A stretch of DNA of 64,000 bases from Nostoc sp. DedSLP01 (lineage in GTDB: Bacteria; Cyanobacteriota; Cyanobacteriia; Cyanobacteriales; Nostocaceae), in NCBI GenBank assembly GCA_034530875.2, contig JAVRCJ020000022.1, positions 1 through 64,000 on the forward strand. Reading direction: 5' to 3'. The first letter of the stretch is position 1, and each line of letters opens with the position of its first letter. Under the pieces are notes generated by a model, which was given only the letters and a program-made list of their open reading frames with translations, had not been told where the DNA came from and did no database searches. Below, piece by piece: positions 30,730 to 41,328 of this stretch. A program made the translations under genes and the position numbers.

Positions 30730-33039
30730 ATGACTAACCTTTGGATCTGGTTTAAAAGTTTGGGAGTTGCAATAGCTGGTGTAATAGCTTTCTCTGGAAA
30801 CTTTGTTAGCGCTCAAATTACTCCAGACAATACTTTATCTACCCCTTCTAAAGTTATAGAACAAGGCAATACCACAATTATTGAAGATGGAACTCCAGTA
30901 GGAAGCTATTTGTTCCACAGTTTTAAAGACTTTTCTGTAGACGCCCAGACTACTGCTGAGTTTAGAAATGCTGAAAGTGTTGAGAATATTATTAGCCGAG
31001 TAACGGGTAAGTATGCTTCTAAAATTGAAGGTATTATTACAGCTAAACACAAGGCCAATCTATTTCTAATTAATCCCAATGGGATTATTTTTGGTCCCAA
31101 TGCTTCTTTAAACATCGGTGGTTCATTTATTGCGAGTACAGCTAGTAGTCTGAACTTTGCTGATAATACTCAGTTTAGTGCTACAAATCCTCAAAGTGTA
31201 CCTCTGCTGACAGTCAGCGCTCCCATTGGTTTACAATTTGGAGCAACTGCTAAACCCATCCTTAACCAATCATCCTACCAAGTACAATCTACAACCGTTG
31301 GTCTACAAGTACAGCCTGGCAAAACCTTAGCACTGGTAGGCGGTAATATAAATCTGGAGGGTGGAAGTTTAACAGCACAATCAGGAAGAGTTGAGCTAGG
31401 AAGCGTTGCTAGCAATAGTTTAGTCAGTCTGAACTTAACAGACCAAGCTTTGGTTTTGGGATATAAAGATGTCCCTGACTTCCAGAACATTCGACTAATT
31501 CAGAGGCAAGCTAATGATGGTTCTAAAATTCCATCTATTGTAAGTACTAGTGGTAATGGTGGCGGTAATATTCAGGTGCAGGGCAATACAGTAGAACTAG
31601 TTGGCTATTCTGTGCGTTTGGTAAGCCAGACTAGGGGTAGTATACCTGGCAAAGATATAACAATTAATGCTAGAAAATTAATTCTTCGAGATAGTGCCCA
31701 AGTGGGTACTTCTACTATAGGCGAGGGTGCGGCAGGAAATTCGATCGTCAACGCTCTGGAGTCTGTGGAGCTGGTTGGTAGTTTTATTAGGCCAGATAAT
31801 CGAACTATTGTCAGTACATTGTTTAGTACGACCGGCGGTGACGGGAAGGCTGGGGATATAACAATTAAAACAGGGAGATTACTTATTCAAGATGGAGCTC
31901 AGATATCAGCAGATTCTAGTGGAACCTTGAACAACTCTCAAATAATAGCAGCTACAGGTAAAGGAGGTAATATAACTGTGAATGCCTCAGAGTCCATAGA
32001 GCTAATTGGAAATGCAGGGCCAGATAACTCTAGTATAATATCTGCTACAACTTTCGGTCTCGGCGAGTCTGGAAAAGTGACAATTCATACAGAAAAATTG
32101 ACTGTCCGAGATAAAGCTGAAGTAAATGTGAGTGTTTTGGGAGATGGACGCAACCAAGGAAGAACATCGGGTGAAATTAATGTAACTGCTCGCTCTATCC
32201 TGCTTGACGGAGGAAAACTCACATCTAATAGTGAATCAGGTGCAGGCGGAAATATTTCGCTACAGGTGCAGGACTTATTACTGATGCGCGGCCAAAGTAA
32301 AATAACCACTAACGCTGAGGGTAATAGAGATGGTGGGGGTAACATCACCATCACTGCACCAAATGGCTTCATCGTCGCCCCTGTTTTTGGAAATAGCGAT
32401 ATTACCGCCAATGCTAACTTTGGCTCTGGTGGCAAAATCGAAATCACCACTAAAAAGATCTTTGGATTTGTAACACGCACCCGTGAAGATGTAGATAGAC
32501 TTGACCCAACAGGCCAAATCAATCCAAATAACCTGCCAACAAACGACATCACGGCGTTTTCTCAGCAAAACCCTTTACCTTCATTCAGTGGCACAGTACA
32601 AATCAATTCACCAGATGTTGACCCCAGCAAAGGATTAGTGCAATTGCCGATAAATCTGGTTGATGCTTCACAGCAAATAGTTGCCAATTGTGGTTCTAGT
32701 GCAAAAATGGCCAGCAGTTCGTTCAATAACATTGGGCGTGGAGGAACAGCACCCGATCCTACACAGCCATTGACGGCTGATGCAGTGTTGGCAGATTGGA
32801 TAATACTGAATCCAGAAAGTGAGAATCCTGCTGAGGGTATGAAGAATAGAGTGGTTGTTCAGAAGCAACGAAACACACACATACCACAGAAATTGAATTA
32901 TATCAATGAATCTGCTGAAATTGTCGAAGCCCAAGGATGGATAACGGATGCCGATGGTAACGTGGTTCTGGTTGCTCAGATACCTACTACAACACCCTAC
33001 AATTCATCTCTCGTGGCTGCATCTTGCGCTGCTCATTAG
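30730..33039 (+). CDS. Filamentous haemagglutinin N-terminal (TPS) domain exoprotein 2
   Basis: Signal peptide, LFHSF, NIISRVTG and NLFLINPNGIIFG; clear paralog of 27193-29655; start taken at ATG 30730 (the ORF track opens at 30709). Confidence 0.92.
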   Translation: MTNLWIWFKSLGVAIAGVIAFSGNFVSAQITPDNTLSTPSKVIEQGNTTIIEDGTPVGSYLFHSFKDFSVDAQTTAEFRNAESVENIISRVTGKYASKIEGIITAKHKANLFLINPNGIIFGPNASLNIGGSFIASTASSLNFADNTQFSATNPQSVPLLTVSAPIGLQFGATAKPILNQSSYQVQSTTVGLQVQPGKTLALVGGNINLEGGSLTAQSGRVELGSVASNSLVSLNLTDQALVLGYKDVPDFQNIRLIQRQANDGSKIPSIVSTSGNGGGNIQVQGNTVELVGYSVRLVSQTRGSIPGKDITINARKLILRDSAQVGTSTIGEGAAGNSIVNALESVELVGSFIRPDNRTIVSTLFSTTGGDGKAGDITIKTGRLLIQDGAQISADSSGTLNNSQIIAATGKGGNITVNASESIELIGNAGPDNSSIISATTFGLGESGKVTIHTEKLTVRDKAEVNVSVLGDGRNQGRTSGEINVTARSILLDGGKLTSNSESGAGGNISLQVQDLLLMRGQSKITTNAEGNRDGGGNITITAPNGFIVAPVFGNSDITANANFGSGGKIEITTKKIFGFVTRTREDVDRLDPTGQINPNNLPTNDITAFSQQNPLPSFSGTVQINSPDVDPSKGLVQLPINLVDASQQIVANCGSSAKMASSSFNNIGRGGTAPDPTQPLTADAVLADWIILNPESENPAEGMKNRVVVQKQRNTHIPQKLNYINESAEIVEAQGWITDADGNVVLVAQIPTTTPYNSSLVAASCAAH

Positions 33040-33084
33040 AATTTGAGAGATAGCACATAACAGGCAAGGAGCAAAGAAGAATAA

Positions 33085-33168
33085 TAGACATCTCCAGAAA
33101 TTAAATATGCGTTATCCAGTAGAGACGTAGCATTGCTACGTCTCTACATTCATTTTTGGAGATGTCTA
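33085..33168. repeat. Miniature inverted-repeat element with central GTAGAGACGTAGCATTGCTACGTCTCTAC hairpin
   Basis: Ends tagacatctcca / tggagatgtcta; a related copy lies at 56281-56374. Confidence 0.75.
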
Positions 33169-33191
33169 ATTAATAACCAATGCCCTATGCC

Positions 33192-34223
33192 CTAATTCGT
33201 CTCCTGAATCTGCAAACGTACTGTGTGTTCTGTAGTGCCACTCAGTTGTAATTCCATGATTTCGCCGCCTAGAGGCTCTAAACAACTGAGGAGCGATCGC
33301 AAGTTGGGCGTACTTGCGCCAGTATCGACATACAATCTATCTGCCAAATTGCCGATACGTTTCCAAGTCATGTACAGTTTGGCGATAGTTTGTTCGATTT
33401 GCGATGCTTGATTGACTAAATCGGCAGCAATGCTCAAACAGCCGACTCTTTGCGCTTCTTCTAAAGCTGTTTCGATATCAACGTTTTCCTGTGCTAATGC
33501 CTGGACTTGAGCCGCACCTTTGAGATATTTTGCTAAGTTACGCGCTTCTGTAGTTACTTGTTTTAAGGTATCTACATCCGGATTGGCAGCTATTTCTTTT
33601 TGGATAAACTTTTGATGGGATTCCGGCAGTTTTTCCATTTCCTTTACCAGAGGAGCAATGTAGCGCGGCGGAAGGGTGTTATCTGCGGCTTTTGCCCTGA
33701 CTGGTTCGGGTAGTAATTCTGAGGACATCGCTGTCCATTCATCGGTGAGTTGTCGGACTTCGCGCCTGGTGATGCGATCGCCTTTTTGGGCGGCTTCACT
33801 CACCATTTGTTGTACTTCTGGTACTGCTTTGGAAGTTTCAACAAATGCCCGTTTGCTAAAGTTATTCACTGCCTCAGGGTCTAGTTTGCCTTCTTCTAAA
33901 AGCGTATCAGCACTATTAGCCAGTTGAATCCAGGCATAAGCTTGACTTTTGCTAATTTCTCGCTCTTTTAGCCATCTGAGAAAACCCGTACCGCGTCCGT
34001 CACCACCAATTTTCTCTCTGTCGCGGATCGCCCGTAAAATTCGCCCCCGCCAGATTTCAGTTTGCAAATCGAAGCGATCGCATACTTGCCAAGCTATTTC
34101 CAGCTGTTGTTGAAAATCTGAGTCTAGAATCTGTTCGTCTTCAGGATCGGGCAGTTCAAAGGTGAGATCGGCTGGTTGTTGCAAAGCAGCAGCAAGGTCG
34201 TTGATGGAGTCGGTATCTTGCAC
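33192..34223 (-). CDS. Conserved cyanobacterial hypothetical protein
   Basis: Long helical ORF (FDLQTEIWRGRILRA...NFSKRAFVET); likely GTG start at 34223 (the ORF track opens at 34271). Confidence 0.75.
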   Translation of the reverse strand: MQDTDSINDLAAALQQPADLTFELPDPEDEQILDSDFQQQLEIAWQVCDRFDLQTEIWRGRILRAIRDREKIGGDGRGTGFLRWLKEREISKSQAYAWIQLANSADTLLEEGKLDPEAVNNFSKRAFVETSKAVPEVQQMVSEAAQKGDRITRREVRQLTDEWTAMSSELLPEPVRAKAADNTLPPRYIAPLVKEMEKLPESHQKFIQKEIAANPDVDTLKQVTTEARNLAKYLKGAAQVQALAQENVDIETALEEAQRVGCLSIAADLVNQASQIEQTIAKLYMTWKRIGNLADRLYVDTGASTPNLRSLLSCLEPLGGEIMELQLSGTTEHTVRLQIQETN

Positions 34224-34387
34224 AATTGATGAGTAACGAGTAGTATATGCGACCGGCTTATTATGCCACAATCTGTGAATTCTAACTTAGGGGGTAAGAC
34301 GGTATTTTCAGTTACCACCGAACTAGAATAAAGGAGTAAAGCACCTTAGTAAGATTTTTAATTATTCATAACAATAAAAATAAAACG

Positions 34388-35374
34388 ATGAACCAGGTAG
34401 ACTACCTCCGCATTAGTTTAATAGATCGTTGCAACTTCCGTTGTCAATACTGTATGCCAGAGGGAGTAGAACTGGACTATATTCTCAAGCAACAGCTATT
34501 GACTGATGAAGAACTGCTCGCTTTAATCCGAGAAGTATTTATTCCTCTAGGTTTTAGCCGCTTCCGTTTGACTGGCGGCGAACCATTATTACGTCCCGGT
34601 GTGGTGGATTTGGTTGGGGCGATCGCTTCTTTTCCCCAAACTCAAGATTTGTCAATGACCACTAACGGGTTTTTGCTGGCCCCAATGGCGCAAAACCTCT
34701 ACAACGCAGGTCTGCGGCGCATTAATATTAGTCTGGATTCTCTCGACTCCGACACTTTCGACCAAATTATTGGCAATCGCGGTCGTTCTCGTTGGCAACA
34801 AGTCTGGGACGGAATTCAAGTCGCTTACCAAGTTGGATTTGACCCACTGAAGCTGAATGTGGTGGTCATTCCTGGCGTTAACGATGGCGAAGTTCTAGAT
34901 TTAGCTGCCCTGACAATTAATAAACAGTGGCATATCAGATTTATTGAATTCATGCCCATTGGCAATTTCGATTTATTTGGCGATCGCGGTTGGGTTTCTT
35001 CAGCGGATTTACGCCAACGCATCCGCGATCGCTGGGGCTTGACAGAATCCCAAGTTCGTGGTGCTGGCCCTGCCGATGTGTTTCAAATTCCTGGAGCCAA
35101 GGGAACGCTAGGATTTATTAGTCAGATGTCGGAATGCTTTTGCGATCGTTGTAACCGGATGCGCCTGAGTGCTGATGGTTGGCTGCGTCCGTGTTTATTG
35201 AATGAAACTGGTCAACTCGACCTCAAGACTGCTTTGCGTTCTGGCACTAGTACTGCTCAACTACGAGAGCAAGTGAGGCGTTTACTTGCAATCAAGCCAG
35301 AAATCAACTTTAAAGCCCGCGATCCTGGTACTCAGGGTATATACACGCGCACGATGTCGCAAATTGGCGGCTAG
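34388..35374 (+). CDS. moaA: GTP 3',8-cyclase MoaA
   Basis: CNFRCQYC radical SAM motif, TGGEP, CDRCNR...C, C-terminal MSQIGG. Confidence 0.97.
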   Translation: MNQVDYLRISLIDRCNFRCQYCMPEGVELDYILKQQLLTDEELLALIREVFIPLGFSRFRLTGGEPLLRPGVVDLVGAIASFPQTQDLSMTTNGFLLAPMAQNLYNAGLRRINISLDSLDSDTFDQIIGNRGRSRWQQVWDGIQVAYQVGFDPLKLNVVVIPGVNDGEVLDLAALTINKQWHIRFIEFMPIGNFDLFGDRGWVSSADLRQRIRDRWGLTESQVRGAGPADVFQIPGAKGTLGFISQMSECFCDRCNRMRLSADGWLRPCLLNETGQLDLKTALRSGTSTAQLREQVRRLLAIKPEINFKARDPGTQGIYTRTMSQIGG

Positions 35375-35485
35375 TCAACCCCTTTGGGAATTCAAAATTC
35401 AAAGTTAATTGGCTCAAGGTCTGTCAAATTCCCGTTAATTTATTGGCTCTGTATCCTTATTGAAAATCTCCAATTTGCTGCCAAG

Positions 35486-35983
35486 CTACAAAATACTTGG
35501 CCAGGATAGAGTCAGTAACATAATCAAATTACTTGACCAAAACAAAAGCAACAGCCACAAGGCACTATTAATTATCCTGAAGTTCGCTGCCTCGAAAACA
35601 GCAGTTTTAAGGAATTGCTGTCCATACCAAAGTTGCCAAACTCGAAATGCAGTGTAAACTGTACCAATAATTACCACTAAACTTGGTAACCAAACTCTAC
35701 TGACTATTTGTTCGGTGAGAATTTGGATAATAATAACTAGCAAGTAGAAGCCAAAGATTTGGCGAATTTCAGGATACTTAAACCAAATTACAAATGTAAT
35801 TGTAGGAAGAATAAGTCCAATAGCGATCGCTAACAGTATCCAAATTTTAATAAATCTCTGTCCAGCGTCGCTATAGTGAATTATTGGACTAATTGGTAAT
35901 ATTCCAATTGAAGTCAGCCAACCAACAAATACTACTACTAAAGTTGCCAGTACTATAAAGATAAATGTCTTTCTCCAAGTCAT
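35486..35983 (-). CDS. Hypothetical membrane protein
   Basis: About five hydrophobic segments; YTAFRVWQLW. Confidence 0.7.
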   Translation of the reverse strand: MTWRKTFIFIVLATLVVVFVGWLTSIGILPISPIIHYSDAGQRFIKIWILLAIAIGLILPTITFVIWFKYPEIRQIFGFYLLVIIIQILTEQIVSRVWLPSLVVIIGTVYTAFRVWQLWYGQQFLKTAVFEAANFRIINSALWLLLLFWSSNLIMLLTLSWPSIL

Positions 35984-36049
35984 TAATTGTTTGCTCCGCT
36001 AACTAAGTGAGCTTTAAATATCAACGAACGTTGGTGAGAATTTGACTTT

Positions 36050-36165
36050 ATACCATTTCGATATGAAGACGCATAGAAATAACCCCACCGCCTGCGGCAT
36101 CTGCCCTTGGTAAGGGGAGGTTGGGAGGGGTGAAAATAATGTGCAGCTTCACAAAGAATTGGTAT
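36050..36165. repeat. Miniature inverted-repeat element
   Basis: Imperfect terminal IR: ataccatttc..tgaagacgca and tgcagcttca..gaattggtat. Confidence 0.55.
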
Positions 36166-36524
36166 TAGACAAAAGAGGTAACAGCTTTTATTAAATCTCT
36201 ATCTACTACAATACGGTTCAGATAAGCCTTTTTCTCTTCCCCTACCTCCCCTGCTTGCCCTGCTCAAGAACAGCTTGCCTAAACAGATAAATTTCCTTAA
36301 CACCAAGCGTATTGCTGTCTACTAATGGTGTCATCCATCCATTGCCGCAAGATATTCAAGTGCAATTGAGTCAGCAGGCATAAAAAATAAAAGAAATAAT
36401 TTGAGCGATCGCTTTCAGGCAGTAGAAATTATTCAAATCAATTACAAAATATGAGTGGAGGAAAACAAACCTCCACTCACACTTTAGAACTTGTCCTTTG
36501 CAAATAACTAAAGACAAATGACTA

Positions 36525-37133
36525 TTACGCTTGTCGTGAGTAGTATTCCACCACAAGTAGTTCGTTAACTTGCAGTGCCACCCATTCCCGTTCAATAACA
36601 CCGTTGACTTTGCCAATCAATTTATTTTTGTCAAACTCCAGATGGCTGGGGAGGTTGGCTAAACCGGGATATTGCAAATTATTTTCTACCAACTTCCGAG
36701 ATTGTTCGCGGTCTCTGACAGCGATCGTTTCACCAGGACGGCATTGATAGCTGGCAATATTAACTACGCGTCCGTTAACAGTGATGTGACCGTGATTCAC
36801 TAGTTGGCGGGCTGCTGGGATCGTTGGAGCTAGACCCAAGCGAAAAACGGTGTTATCCAGACGCATTTCTAGCAATTGCAGCAGAACTTGTCCGGTAGAA
36901 CCAGTAACGCGTCTGGCTTTACGCACGTAACGTAGCAGTTGCTTTTCTGTTAAACCGTAGTTGAAGCGGAGCTTTTGCTTTTCTTCTAGACGGATAGCAT
37001 ACTCAGAGCGCTTTTTGCGGTTCTGACCGTGTTGACCTGGTGGATAAGCGCGTCTAGCGCTTTTACGAGTTAATCCTGGGAGGTCGCCCAAGCGACGTAT
37101 AATTCTGAGGCGTGGCCCTCTGTATCGGGACAT
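36525..37133 (-). CDS. rpsD: 30S ribosomal protein S4
   Basis: [22 protein letters not shown] and VVEYYSR motifs. Confidence 0.99.
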   Translation of the reverse strand: MSRYRGPRLRIIRRLGDLPGLTRKSARRAYPPGQHGQNRKKRSEYAIRLEEKQKLRFNYGLTEKQLLRYVRKARRVTGSTGQVLLQLLEMRLDNTVFRLGLAPTIPAARQLVNHGHITVNGRVVNIASYQCRPGETIAVRDREQSRKLVENNLQYPGLANLPSHLEFDKNKLIGKVNGVIEREWVALQVNELLVVEYYSRQA

Positions 37134-37479
37134 GAGTTTCCTTAATCTAATCCTGTTTAAACTTTACCTAAACATTCTATATTGACATCAGAATCCAGAA
37201 TTCAGAACTCAGAATTCAGAAGTCACAAGTCACAAATCAGCAATAAAACCAGCTTTTTGCTTGGCTATCAGACTGAGCTTGTGTACTTAACTTGCCTTGA
37301 AATCTGCTCTCTTTTTCAAAGAGTCATCATATTAACACAATTTATTATAATAACACAGTTTACAGTATACTAACCCAGTTTAGTCCCCGATTCCAAATCC
37401 TAAATTCTGAATTCTGACTCCTGAATTCTGAGTTCTGAATTCTGATATTTGAGTTAGCATTACTTTGGGTGTTTGGAGA

Positions 37480-38106
37480 ATGGCAATGTTAAAAAGCAAA
37501 AAAGCGGTTAGCAAAAGTCAGGTTTTAACAGTACCAGTTTTGGCAATAGCTGGATTATTGACAGCGATTTTACCTGATATGGCGATCGCTGCCTCCTACA
37601 GGAATGATTACAGTATTTGTGCAGAAGGTCTTTTGAAGGTTGGCATCACACCAGAAGCAGCATCACAAGGTTGTGCCCAGGCACTGCGTCCCAGAGATCT
37701 TGGTGCTTGTGTCGTTAAAATTGACAAGGGAACTGAAATTACAGCCGCAGATGCCCTGTCTTACTGTGGGAGAGCTAGGCGTCCTGAGGAATTAGCTACC
37801 TGTGTAGTCGGTGTCAGTTCATTGACCAAGGAAGCAGTTAATCCAGCAGTTTTAAATTACTGCGGCCGCAGTTTATTGCCCGTGCGCTTTGGTCAGTGTG
37901 TGGTTGGATTACTTGGTAAAATCGAACTTCCTCCCACTCAGGCTTTGGACACTTGTATCGATGGCAGTGACAGCAGTGTTATCGGGGTTTCATCTTCACC
38001 TACATCACCGAATCTATTCCCTGGAAGTTCAAGTCCTAGTACGGAGACTGCACCATTCCCAACGCAACCCGTTGCGCCAACGCAACCTCAGCCCGGTACT
38101 AATTAA
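37480..38106 (+). CDS. Secreted Cys-repeat hypothetical protein
   Basis: Signal peptide, four ~31-aa repeats each with two Cys, Pro/Ser/Thr-rich tail. Confidence 0.8.
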   Translation: MAMLKSKKAVSKSQVLTVPVLAIAGLLTAILPDMAIAASYRNDYSICAEGLLKVGITPEAASQGCAQALRPRDLGACVVKIDKGTEITAADALSYCGRARRPEELATCVVGVSSLTKEAVNPAVLNYCGRSLLPVRFGQCVVGLLGKIELPPTQALDTCIDGSDSSVIGVSSSPTSPNLFPGSSSPSTETAPFPTQPVAPTQPQPGTN

Positions 38107-38395
38107 ATTAAGTGCTTTGCAATTTAATGATTGTTAGATTTTAAATTTTGGAATTGAAAATTCAAAACTTAAAATCTAAAAATATCTGAAGCACTTAACT
38201 TTATTGGTTCGCTCTAAATCCTATGTATTTTTTAAGGATTTTCAGCTAATCAAGTTAAGAGGGTAGTATACATAGCTGTACTACCCTCTTACTGATTTTG
38301 CTTTCAATAAACCTGAGTTCGACGAACTTCTGGGTGCGTTGAACTTTAGTTCAAGCTCGTCCCTCTTCGAGCTGGAGAGGGACTGTTTTGAGTAA

Positions 38396-38490
38396 TATAG
38401 CGGTTCCCAATCAAATGAGGTAGAGAAATTTGTAGGGGCGCAAAGCTTTGCGCCCCTACCTTGTACTTCACTAGAATAGGAAATGCTATA
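38396..38490. repeat. Miniature element with central GTAGGGGCGCAAAGCTTTGCGCCCCTAC hairpin
   Basis: Perfect central palindrome; tatagc / gctata ends. Confidence 0.6.
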
Positions 38491-38758
38491 AAACTTCTTA
38501 GAGGTTTTTTAATTAAGTAAATAGGGTGGACAATATATGAGCTATTTAATTCAATTCTTCATTAGTACTAATAACTAATGACTAATAACTAATGACTAAA
38601 TATTTTTTTGACGTAGCTTCGTTGGGGCTAAAAAATTATCAATTTAGAGGCAATACTAGATGCTATGCAAATAGACCTTTTTAAATTTTGAATTTTGAAC
38701 CTTCAATCCAAAATCCAAAATTTAAAATTTAGAATTTGGTGAATTTTGCACAGTTTTA

Positions 38759-39694
<936 letters not shown>

Positions 39695-41257
39695 TTAATC
39701 GAGTGAAAATAGGTAGTATACACCTGGCTGAAGATAATGTCTTTACTTCAGACTATATTAGTATGCGATAACTCTGAAATTTGCGGTAGCATAATCTACG
39801 ATTATCGCATATTTTCTGGAACAAAGACTTATTCAGTATTATTACCATAAGTATCTTTGCATCTATCTGCCCAGAAAATTCACGAGACATCACCAAGTAT
39901 AAGTTGACGATGGTCTATGTCCTCAAAGTCAATTGTGTTGCAATTAATCTACAAAGCTTTTAAGTTCTAGAGTTTTTTTTAGTTTTTTGTCCTGGAAGAG
40001 CAATTGCGTCAAGCTGTTTACAGCTAATTATGACACGATGCTAATTCAAAGAGAAAACTAAATTTACAAGGTTCATCTGGGATATATATAAACTCAAAAA
40101 AGATTGTTTATTTAGCTTTGATAAATTACTTGTAGTACACGAGTGACTATAAATAATAGCGAGTTAGAACACGGAAATTGGTTACCAGGTGTACCAACAT
40201 TTGCAAGTTTAGCAAAATGGACTGTTGTCAGTTCTCATCCTGTTCACAACCTCCAGTGATGTCTCGGCCATAGAGCTTGTTGGCTTGAAGAAAAACTGTA
40301 GACATCAAGTAGAGCAAATAATTTCAACTTACAAATACCTGTTTTTTCAAACATTGTTATTGATTCTACCATTATTTTTTATTTTGGAATATGTTTATAT
40401 CTTTTTAAATTAATAAAAAATCTATATTTAAATTGTTTATACTTTTAAAAAGTCAGGGTTTCTTGATATTCTCAAAAGCCTAAATTATTAGAGCCTAATT
40501 TATCTTTTTGTACTCTTGGAGTAACTCCTAAAGCTACAAAAAAGACAAAATTAGCTGTATGACTTTTGAGCTTTTTTGAACTACAAAATTAGCGATACAT
40601 AAAAAATGTCATAAAACATATTGGCTCCAATTCTCTAAATTATTAAAGAGTTTTTAGAAATTAATTTATATTTATTTCATAAAATAATTTTGAATTCTCA
40701 TTATCTATCGGAGAGAACAGCTAAGAGGTAACGGCCAAAAAATACCGTATTTTTTGGGATTATGGCTTTCGATCGCAAAGAACTTCTGGCAACCAAAGTA
40801 TGAAACTTGTCTAAGTTCTATAAATGCACAAGAGCTTACAAGATTTTTTCAAAGCGATCGCAAGTGTATTAAAAAGCTTAGATCCGGGTAAATCCTTTGA
40901 ATAAAGATAGGGGAAAGGGAATTCAATTACAGATGTTTTACTCATCGCGGATGGCTGGCTACCAGTGGGGTGCTTTTGAGCAACAAGGAGTGGAGAGCAG
41001 GGGTAGAAAGTGTTGCTTTGATTTGTAGGCGATCGCTGCATATATTCATGTAGCGACAATAGTCTGTCAAGCTGAAAAAACAACTTAGTATAGACATTGG
41101 TGCTTTTACTTCCAAAGCTTGTTGCAATAGCCTCAACTCCTTGTAAATCTGCTCTATGGACAAGTACTCATAATCAACTAGCTGAGTCAGTATTACTCAC
41201 ACTACTCATATATACGTGTTTTCCTATCTCTATCAGGCTAAATCTATAAAAATGCTT

Positions 41258-41283
41258 GATGGTAGCTTTAATAGCTACCATCA
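41258..41283 (-). terminator. Hairpin downstream of sepJ
   Basis: tgatggtagct..agctaccatca stem. Confidence 0.5.
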
Positions 41284-41328
41284 CACCGAATAAAGTTATT
41301 ATCTGTCCACCCCGCAATGACTGGTAAT

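Noticed and set aside
27193..33039. CdiA/CdiI contact-dependent inhibition locus
   Set aside because: Proteins are only ~800 aa, C-termini are conserved rather than polymorphic, no VENN or toxin domain is visible, and the small genes are upstream
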